A program made the position numbers and the translations under genes. Under the pieces are notes generated by a model that saw only the letters and a list, made by a program, of their open reading frames with translations, made no database searches and had not been told where the DNA came from. Below, one piece after another: positions 37,626 to 43,347 of a DNA stretch of 43,347 bases. Position 1 is the stretch's first letter. Every line of letters starts with the position of its first letter. Source of the DNA: a bacterium (GTDB lineage Bacteria > Patescibacteriota > Microgenomatia > JAMCZE01); the NCBI GenBank assembly GCA_021836035.1, contig JAKBJL010000005.1, positions 1 through 43,347 of the forward strand. The letters are read 5' to 3'.

Positions 37626-39074
37626 TTAACTTTCCTTTTCCGGGCGCATTAAGGGAAATAAAACCGTTTCGCGGATAGGAAGACCGGCTAAAAAAGAAAA
37701 AAGCCGCTCGCTAACGCCGAATCCCGTGACCGGCGGCATCCCGTATTCCAATGCGTTCACAAAATCCCTGTCCATCATCTGTGCCTCCGTATCCCCCTTT
37801 TCCCGTAATTTTTGCTGTTCCTGAAAACGTTCCGCCTGATCGAGAGGATCGTTTAATTCCGAATAACCGTTACCCAATTCGCTGCCGGCGATAATCACCT
37901 GGTAACGCTCCACAAATCCCGGTTTGCCGGGAATTCTCTTCGCTAAAGGCGAAACCTCGACGGGATGGCCGGTCAAAAAAGCCGGCCCGGTAATACTTTT
38001 ACGCACCGTCTTCCACAACGCGTCAATCAGGCGGCCCCGTTCCGCCCGGGGTTCGTACTCCGCTTCCAATTCTTTCAACTTGCGCTTTAGATCGCTGTCT
38101 GAAGCTTTCCCGAGGTCCACGCCGGTGGCGGAAAGCAAGGTTTCACGATAATCAATTCTCGGCCAGGATCCGGCTAAATCCACTTTATGACCGTTAATCT
38201 CAAAAGTTAATTTACCGAAAGCGTCTTTAGCTACCGTTTGGTACATCTCCTGGACCAACCGCATAGAATCCTCGTAATCGGCATAGGCCCAATAAAATTC
38301 CATTTGGGTATAATCCTGAAGATGCTCCCGGCTTAGCCCTTCATTCCGGAATTGCCGGCCGATTTCAAAAGTTTTTTCTAAACCCGCGACCATCAGGCGT
38401 TTTTGCCAGAGCTCGCCCATGGAAATCCGTAAATAGAGATCAATATCCAAGGCGTTATGATGGGTTATAAAGGGAGTGGCGTCAGCCCCGCCGGCTTTCG
38501 ATTCCAGAGCCGGCGTTTCTACTTCTAAAAATCCCCGGCTTGAAAGGAAGTGGCGCATACTCTCCCAAAAAACCGCTTTCTTTTGAAATAACTCTTTCAG
38601 TTCCGGATGCAGGAGTAAATCCAGATAGCGCTGCCGGTAGCGGGTTTCTTCGTCTTTCAAACCGTACCATTCTGCCGGCAGAGGGCGTAAGGCCTTGGCC
38701 AATAGCTCAAAATTATAAACATCAACCGAGGTTTGTCCGGCTTGGGTTTTCGTTACCCGCCCGTAAGCGCCGAGAAAATCTCCGACATCAAAATATTTCA
38801 AGAGCATGAAAGCTTCCGGCAACTTATCTTCCTGAAACCAGAGCTGGATTTTGCCCGAAGCATCGGCCAGGTCGGCAAAAATGGTCCCGCCGTGTTCCCG
38901 CCAGCCGGTAATTCTGCCCTGCACTGCCACCTCCGAACCGATTTTTTCCGCAGCTTCTTTAACGGTTATCGCCTTGCGGGAATATTTTGGAGGATAGGGA
39001 TTAAGGCCCGCTTCCCGCAACTTAGTCAGCTTTTCTTTGCGGGCAGCAATTATTTCTTCCAGGGGCTTAGCCAT
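37626..39074 (-). CDS. lysS: lysyl-tRNA synthetase, class II
   Basis: It has an OB-fold N-terminus, FLEVETP, RQFRNEG and GFGVSERLF. Confidence 0.97.
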   Translation of the reverse strand: MAKPLEEIIAARKEKLTKLREAGLNPYPPKYSRKAITVKEAAEKIGSEVAVQGRITGWREHGGTIFADLADASGKIQLWFQEDKLPEAFMLLKYFDVGDFLGAYGRVTKTQAGQTSVDVYNFELLAKALRPLPAEWYGLKDEETRYRQRYLDLLLHPELKELFQKKAVFWESMRHFLSSRGFLEVETPALESKAGGADATPFITHHNALDIDLYLRISMGELWQKRLMVAGLEKTFEIGRQFRNEGLSREHLQDYTQMEFYWAYADYEDSMRLVQEMYQTVAKDAFGKLTFEINGHKVDLAGSWPRIDYRETLLSATGVDLGKASDSDLKRKLKELEAEYEPRAERGRLIDALWKTVRKSITGPAFLTGHPVEVSPLAKRIPGKPGFVERYQVIIAGSELGNGYSELNDPLDQAERFQEQQKLREKGDTEAQMMDRDFVNALEYGMPPVTGFGVSERLFSFLAGLPIRETVLFPLMRPEKES

Positions 39075-39141
39075 ACCAGAATTATCAATGATAAATAAGA
39101 AATTATCAATGCGCTTCGTTTCCGCGGGAATTTCGATTTAT

Positions 39142-39618
39142 CTATTCAATAGCGGAGATGGTATAAATAAGTTTACCTGCCGGAGCCTGAACCTCCACCT
39201 TATCCCCGACCTTTTTCCCTAAAAGGGCTTTCCCCAACGGGGAGCTGGGTGAAATTTTTTTGGCTACCGGGTTAGCCTCCCATTCGCCGACAACCACAAA
39301 AGTATCTTTCCTGCCGTTTACCGAGACAGTTACCTTGCAGCCGACATCTACCGCGTCTTTTTTATGAGAAACAGCTACTAGCGTGCTGCCCTTAATGATT
39401 TCTTCCAGTTCAGAAACTCTGCCCTGTAAAAATTCCAGCTCTTCCCGGGCCGATTGATAAGCGCTGTTTTCGGAAAGATCACCATCGTCACGGGCTTTGG
39501 AAAGCCGCTCTACCACGTCGGGAATACGGATTTTTTGCAGCTCCTCCAGCTCCTGGCGCAGCTCTTTTAATCCGTCATTGGTAAGCATAATATTGGCACT
39601 TTTTGCGGTATTGTTCAT
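39142..39618 (-). CDS. greA: transcription elongation factor GreA
   Basis: It has LTNDGLKELRQELEEL, DLSENSAYQSAREE and a C-terminal FKBP-like domain. Confidence 0.95.
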   Translation of the reverse strand: MNNTAKSANIMLTNDGLKELRQELEELQKIRIPDVVERLSKARDDGDLSENSAYQSAREELEFLQGRVSELEEIIKGSTLVAVSHKKDAVDVGCKVTVSVNGRKDTFVVVGEWEANPVAKKISPSSPLGKALLGKKVGDKVEVQAPAGKLIYTISAIE

Positions 39619-39641
39619 ATAAAGATGTCCTTTCTAACAAA

Positions 39642-39666
39642 AAAAGTTTTCGCGAGGAAAACTTTT
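39642..39666. promoter_or_regulatory. perfect 10-bp inverted repeat AAAAGTTTTC-GCGAG-GAAAACTTTT between greA and tRNA-Glu
   Basis: Read directly from the sequence. It lies in a divergent promoter region, so it is more likely an operator or a 5'-UTR hairpin than a terminator. Confidence 0.35.
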
Positions 39667-39714
39667 CAGGCCAAAATATTACTCGTAATAACAAGGAATT
39701 TTATGTCGGCCACC

Positions 39715-39743
39715 TTGCTTTGTCAAGATATTAAAGGTAAAAT
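39715..39743 (+). promoter_or_regulatory. tRNA-Glu promoter
   Basis: TTGCTT (39715-39720), a 17-nt spacer, then TAAAAT (39738-39743), 22 nt before the tRNA 5' end. Confidence 0.5.
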
Positions 39744-39765
39744 TATCGTGCTCGAAAGCTTATTA

Positions 39766-39839
39766 GCCGCCATCGTCTAGTGGTCCAGGACATATGGTTC
39801 TCATCCATAAAATCGAGGGTTCGAGTCCCTCTGGCGGCA
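39766..39839 (+). tRNA. tRNA-Glu (anticodon CUC), 74 nt, CCA not encoded
   Basis: I folded the cloverleaf by hand. Acceptor stem: GCCGCCA/TGGCGGC. D stem: GTCT/GGAC. Anticodon stem: TATGG/CCATA, with loop TTCTCAT. T stem: GAGGG/CCCTC, with loop TTCGAGT. Confidence 0.9.
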
Positions 39840-40124
39840 CAAATCCTCCTTAGTTTTGTAAGGACAACGCAAGCCGGGGCGCCCCGAAAAAATGTCTTTT
39901 GCTTATCCCCTTCTTTACTGAAAGCAGGGTAACGGACATCTAAAAGAAAGCTGTTTTAAAACTTCCCTCGTATGACAAGCGACAGGACCCTAAATTATAA
40001 TTGAATTTATTAAAAGATATCTACTGTTCCGGAAATGCTACTATATATAATGGGGAGTGGTTATTTTATGGCTTTTAGAATTTGGTTTCACCGCGAGTAC
40101 CGGTAGTAACGAAATAGAGAGCAG

Positions 40125-40484
40125 GTGATAAATACGTTTAGAAACTTATTAAACTTCTCTTATCAAAGAAATTTAATAGGGGCTGCGGGTTTTTATATAG
40201 CATATCTAGTATTATTATTGCTCGTCTTTATGATACTTGGGGCAATCACAGGATTAATCTTGCCAGGTGTTGCCTATGAGGCGGGCTTTCGTGTAGGTAA
40301 TATCGGAGCCATAATAATTTGTCCACTTTTATCATTTTTAATTTTAAAAGAAAAGAAATTATTAAATAATTTTGGCCTTATTATCTTGGCAATATTATCT
40401 GGTTTAATAGCAGTATTTGTTGGCGCGATAGGTGGCCTAATTCCGATAGCTTACCTAACAACAAGACCTACCAATACCAACTAA
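40125..40484 (+). CDS. hypothetical small membrane protein, very AT-rich (GTG start)
   Basis: It has three or four hydrophobic segments. My hand count gives about 27% GC over 40125-40184, against about 55% in secA. Confidence 0.45.
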   Translation: MINTFRNLLNFSYQRNLIGAAGFYIAYLVLLLLVFMILGAITGLILPGVAYEAGFRVGNIGAIIICPLLSFLILKEKKLLNNFGLIILAILSGLIAVFVGAIGGLIPIAYLTTRPTNTN

Positions 40485-41088
40485 TCATTATTACGTTGGG
40501 GAAGTAACAAATTGGTGGCAGCGGTAGTCTTTAAATATCAGTTGTGGCAAGAATAATCAAATACCCGCTTTGGAGTTTGGGTATTCGGCAACTGCCCCTG
40601 AGCAAAAGATCCGTGCCGCGGCCGCGGTAAAACAGGAATATACCAGGATATTTGATGGGGCAAAGGAAACCTTGCAAATAATGCAAAAGCCGTTTACATA
40701 AGGAGGCCAGTTATAATCATTAAGGCCTCAACAGCAAAAACGGTCTCGCATATAATGGCTCGCTTATTTTCTTTCGTTTTTGGTGGAATTGATAAAATTT
40801 ATCTAAATTGTTTTTCATTTTCCTCCGGTTTTATCCCCGACTATCCATAACCGAATCGGTTTTATTTACTCCCTCATGACAAGAACCCCAGGGGCTGTCA
40901 ATAATATATAAAAGCCAGGAATCGTTCTAGCCCTCCAATACCGCTTCAAAGAAGAAAACTAAAATCCCTTCCACCGAAAATATCTTTTACAGAACGGTTT
41001 AAAAGAATATCGATCATTAGGAGAAATACTTAATAGCCGGTTAGAAAACAAATTCCTTCCGGAATGAAACTGGTTCGAACCTTTAAAC

Positions 41089-41562
41089 TCAGGCCCGGTA
41101 CGTCTTTCCCCTTCTGATGGCTATTAAAGAAACTGCCAAAGTGGCCAGGAATATTACTGACCCGTAAAAACAGGAAGTCAGCAATATATTATCCGTAGGT
41201 ATGCCAGAACAAGACACTTTGGGACCGTTCTTTGTTAAATAAAATCTAAGCGTTTCGTAGGCAAAATTGCCCCAGGCAAAAACTGTCCCGGCAACAAGAA
41301 GGAGCCGGAGCTTCTTTTCTTGTGCTATCCGTTCTTCGGGCTTCCCCCTGAGAATTAACAGTGACCAGATAAAGCCGGCAATAAAAACAAAGGCTCCATA
41401 AAAACAGGGAGTCGTTAGCGGATTAGGAATAACACAATTCCTGATTCTGGTCAGCGTGCCATAGAAATTATAAAAACGGGCAAAATCGGTATATACTGTA
41501 ACCCAAGCGAAGATAGTTCCAATAAGTAGAATAAGTGTTTGCAGTCTAAATAGCCGTATCAC
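41089..41562 (-). CDS. 4-TM membrane protein built from an internal duplication, each half carrying a Cys pair; third gene of the ars operon
   Basis: The proposed GTG start at 41562 overlaps the arsM TGA as GTGA. The halves align: [20 protein letters not shown]...[21 protein letters not shown] against [21 protein letters not shown]...[24 protein letters not shown]. Confidence 0.55.
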   Translation of the reverse strand: MIRLFRLQTLILLIGTIFAWVTVYTDFARFYNFYGTLTRIRNCVIPNPLTTPCFYGAFVFIAGFIWSLLILRGKPEERIAQEKKLRLLLVAGTVFAWGNFAYETLRFYLTKNGPKVSCSGIPTDNILLTSCFYGSVIFLATLAVSLIAIRRGKTYRA

Positions 41563-42305
41563 TTTGTCGCCGAAAAAGTAATGCTTAGCCCGTAATCTTC
41601 TAAAAAAGCCGGTGTTTCTTTGTGAATTTGGATATTTGCGAACCCCGCCCGGTGCATAAGTTCCAGGTAATCCTCCTTTAAAATTGCTCCGCTGACACAA
41701 CCAATTAAAAGGTCTTTATCATTTTTTAGTTCTTCCGGCAGCGGTTTTAGCAAAACAGTATCGGAAACCATCAGTTTCCCGCCGGGTTTAAGAACACGGA
41801 AGGCTTCCTGAAAAACTTTTTCTTTGTCCGGAGCAAGGTTAATAACACAGTTAGAGATAATAACATCAACAGAGCTATCGGCAATCGGCAAGTTCTCGAT
41901 GTCTCCCTTTTTAAATTCAACATTGGTATAGCCGGCTTTCAATGCATTTTCCCCGGCTTTTTCCAGCATCTCATCCGTCATGTCCACGCCGATAACCCTA
42001 CCGGTGCTTCCTACTTTTTTGGCTGCCAGAAAAGCGTCAAAACCCGCTCCGGAACCTAAATCTAAAACCACGTCGCCTTCTTTGAGAGAAGCCACGGCGG
42101 TGGGATTGCCACAGCCAAGGCCGAGATTGGAACCGGCCGGAGCTTGATCTAATTCCTCTTGAGAATAGCCTATTTCGCCGGATTGTTTCTGAACGGTCTG
42201 GTTGGAACTACCACAACAACCGCCGCAACCGCAACTCCCGGAAGCTCTAGCTATATCGGCATAAGAATCCCGGACGGTTTTTTTAACCTTATTTTGGTCG
42301 TCCAT
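41559..42305 (-). CDS. arsM: arsenite S-adenosylmethionine methyltransferase
   Basis: It has an N-terminal Cys cluster ([11 protein letters not shown]), [11 protein letters not shown], the conserved CVINL and GCVSGA. Confidence 0.8.
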   Translation of the reverse strand: MDDQNKVKKTVRDSYADIARASGSCGCGGCCGSSNQTVQKQSGEIGYSQEELDQAPAGSNLGLGCGNPTAVASLKEGDVVLDLGSGAGFDAFLAAKKVGSTGRVIGVDMTDEMLEKAGENALKAGYTNVEFKKGDIENLPIADSSVDVIISNCVINLAPDKEKVFQEAFRVLKPGGKLMVSDTVLLKPLPEELKNDKDLLIGCVSGAILKEDYLELMHRAGFANIQIHKETPAFLEDYGLSITFSATK

Positions 42306-42314
42306 ATTTTTTGC

Positions 42315-42632
42315 TTACGGAACCAATAAATTAAATAACGAACCGGTAATTTGCTTGCCCTTGAGGGTTAAAGCATAATAAACATTAAGGCCATCTTTCC
42401 GGTCGGAAACAATGTCGGCATCTTTCAGATCTTTTAGATGATGGGACAACAGGCTCTGAGAAATGGGCAGGTGTTTCTGAAATTCACAGACACAATGCTC
42501 CCCGTTTCGCAATACACAAAGAATCCTTAGCCGGTTTTCCTCACTGACAAGCTTAAGGAGCGGAATTAGATTATTAAGCTGCCGGCTATTAATGCTATCC
42601 TTCCGGCAACAACTATATGAACCCATATTCAT
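42315..42632 (-). CDS. arsR: ArsR/SmtB-family metalloregulator
   Basis: It has LRILCVLRNGEHCVCEF (a metal-binding CVC next to the HTH) and SQSLLSHHLKDLKDADIV. Confidence 0.85.
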   Translation of the reverse strand: MNMGSYSCCRKDSINSRQLNNLIPLLKLVSEENRLRILCVLRNGEHCVCEFQKHLPISQSLLSHHLKDLKDADIVSDRKDGLNVYYALTLKGKQITGSLFNLLVP

Positions 42633-42646
42633 ATATTAATGGGTTC
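42619..42646. promoter_or_regulatory. inverted repeat GAACCCAT-N12-ATGGGTTC spanning the arsR start codon; candidate ArsR operator
   Basis: It has perfect 8-bp arms with an AT-rich centre (ATTCATATATTA). Confidence 0.4.
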
Positions 42647-42734
42647 GGACATGAACAATCAAGAGCCAAATTCAAATAACTTCGACAGGAGACAAACCCT
42701 TGCTTACGAATAAATCTTGGATGAGGGAGGATTC

Positions 42735-42743
42735 TGATATAAT
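42735..42743 (+). promoter_or_regulatory. extended -10 (TGaTATAAT) 9 nt upstream of the 42753 ATG
   Basis: Read directly from the sequence. I found no good -35. Confidence 0.4.
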
Positions 42744-42752
42744 CTTTGCGAT

Positions 42753-43037
42753 ATGACCACGGAAAAAAATCAGGGAAAATGGTTAAAAAAGATTTTACGT
42801 GTTAACTCCTCCCCCAGAATGACGGACCTGCAAAGATTGCTGGACGGGCGCTGGTATCATGAATACGAATTGCATCACCGGGAAATAAAACCTGAGGGTA
42901 AGGATATCGCCGGCGAACGGTTAAATTTTGTCCGGGAGCGCGCTAATAAACTGGATATTGAAATAATCAGAAAATCCCACAATCATTATCACCGGCATTG
43001 TTTCCGGCCGAAAGAAAGCGCAGGGGTTAACAAATAG
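42753..43037 (+). CDS. hypothetical protein
   Basis: A 94 aa ORF, His-rich near the C-terminus (KSHNHYHRHCF), with no family I recognise. Confidence 0.4.
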   Translation: MTTEKNQGKWLKKILRVNSSPRMTDLQRLLDGRWYHEYELHHREIKPEGKDIAGERLNFVRERANKLDIEIIRKSHNHYHRHCFRPKESAGVNK

Positions 43038-43347
43038 GTCCAGGACCGCGGCGCACTAATCCCTCCTTAACGCAGAAATAACCTACGCCGCACCGTCGTA
43101 TTTTTTGGGCGGTACTTTTCAACTTCGTGCGCTAACTGGTAAATCCTCATTAAAAAGATACTATAATTAATGCGCCTGCAGTGTATCGAGCCAGTTCGGA
43201 AGCCGTAAGAAGGTTCTTAGCCCCTGCCTCTGAAGAAGTCACGATACATTTGAGACAACGGTAATTAATTTGCCGGCAGATTTTCATAAAATTACCTACT
43301 CTTTACCAAAGCTAAGACATGGGGTATACCGTGGTCTTATGACCAGT

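Noticed and set aside
41563-41700. The ORF-track N-terminal extension of the ars-operon membrane protein (ATG at 41700).
   Set aside because: It would overlap arsM by 142 nt, and the extra residues are non-hydrophobic and Arg/Gly-rich. A GTG at 41562 forms a classic GTGA stop-start overlap instead.
43038-43047. A 10-mer, GGTCCAGGAC, is identical to the D-arm of tRNA-Glu (39782-39791). It could be a tRNA fragment or an att site.
   Set aside because: Identity does not extend on either side. The 10-mer is itself nearly palindromic (GGTCC-A-GGACC). A chance match is plausible in 43 kb on both strands.
43150-43287. A 45 aa minus-strand ORF (MKICRQINYRCLKCIVTSSEAGAKNLLTASELARYTAG...) with a C-x8-C-x2-C pattern in the otherwise ORF-free right end.
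   Set aside because: It is below any reliable size threshold and has no clear promoter or RBS. I could not assign the 310-bp end region to a known RNA family by eye either.

Overview
This window looks like a chromosomal segment from a small-genome bacterium. A Patescibacteria/CPR-like origin is my inference only, based on a short IF-2, a short HrcA, weak Shine-Dalgarno signals, and many PT-rich or dockerin-like secreted orphan proteins. Most of the window is conserved housekeeping. This includes pnp (partial)-rpsO-DHH-infB-nusA, a CIRCE-controlled hrcA-grpE-dnaK-dnaJ operon, divergent ogt and groES-groEL, rnhB and secA. It also includes a tight minus-strand string greA-lysS-(membrane)-HD-(membrane SpeE-like)-serS, one tRNA-Glu(CUC), and an arsR-arsM operon. 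No rRNA, CRISPR array, transposase or integrase was recognised. Three accessory stretches stand out. (1) 20.2-25.0 kb holds an orphan alpha/beta protein divergent from a two-domain cytidine-deaminase-fold protein. It also holds a solitary QueC-family PP-loop ATPase in a repeat-bounded, self-promoted, apparently leaderless cassette, and an AT-rich signal-peptidase-I homologue that has lost both catalytic dyad residues. (2) 29.9-32.9 kb is a translationally coupled operon of a degenerate PP-loop/Cys-knuckle protein, a Ddl-like ATP-grasp ligase and a SpeE-like SAM enzyme. (3) 39.8-41.1 kb, next to the tRNA, is an AT-rich, largely ORF-free stretch. My best candidate for an undescribed system is the 20.7-24.7 kb islet (a nucleobase-modifying or defence-like module); the PP-loop/ATP-grasp operon is second. 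All functional calls come from motif reading by eye, and no database search was possible.
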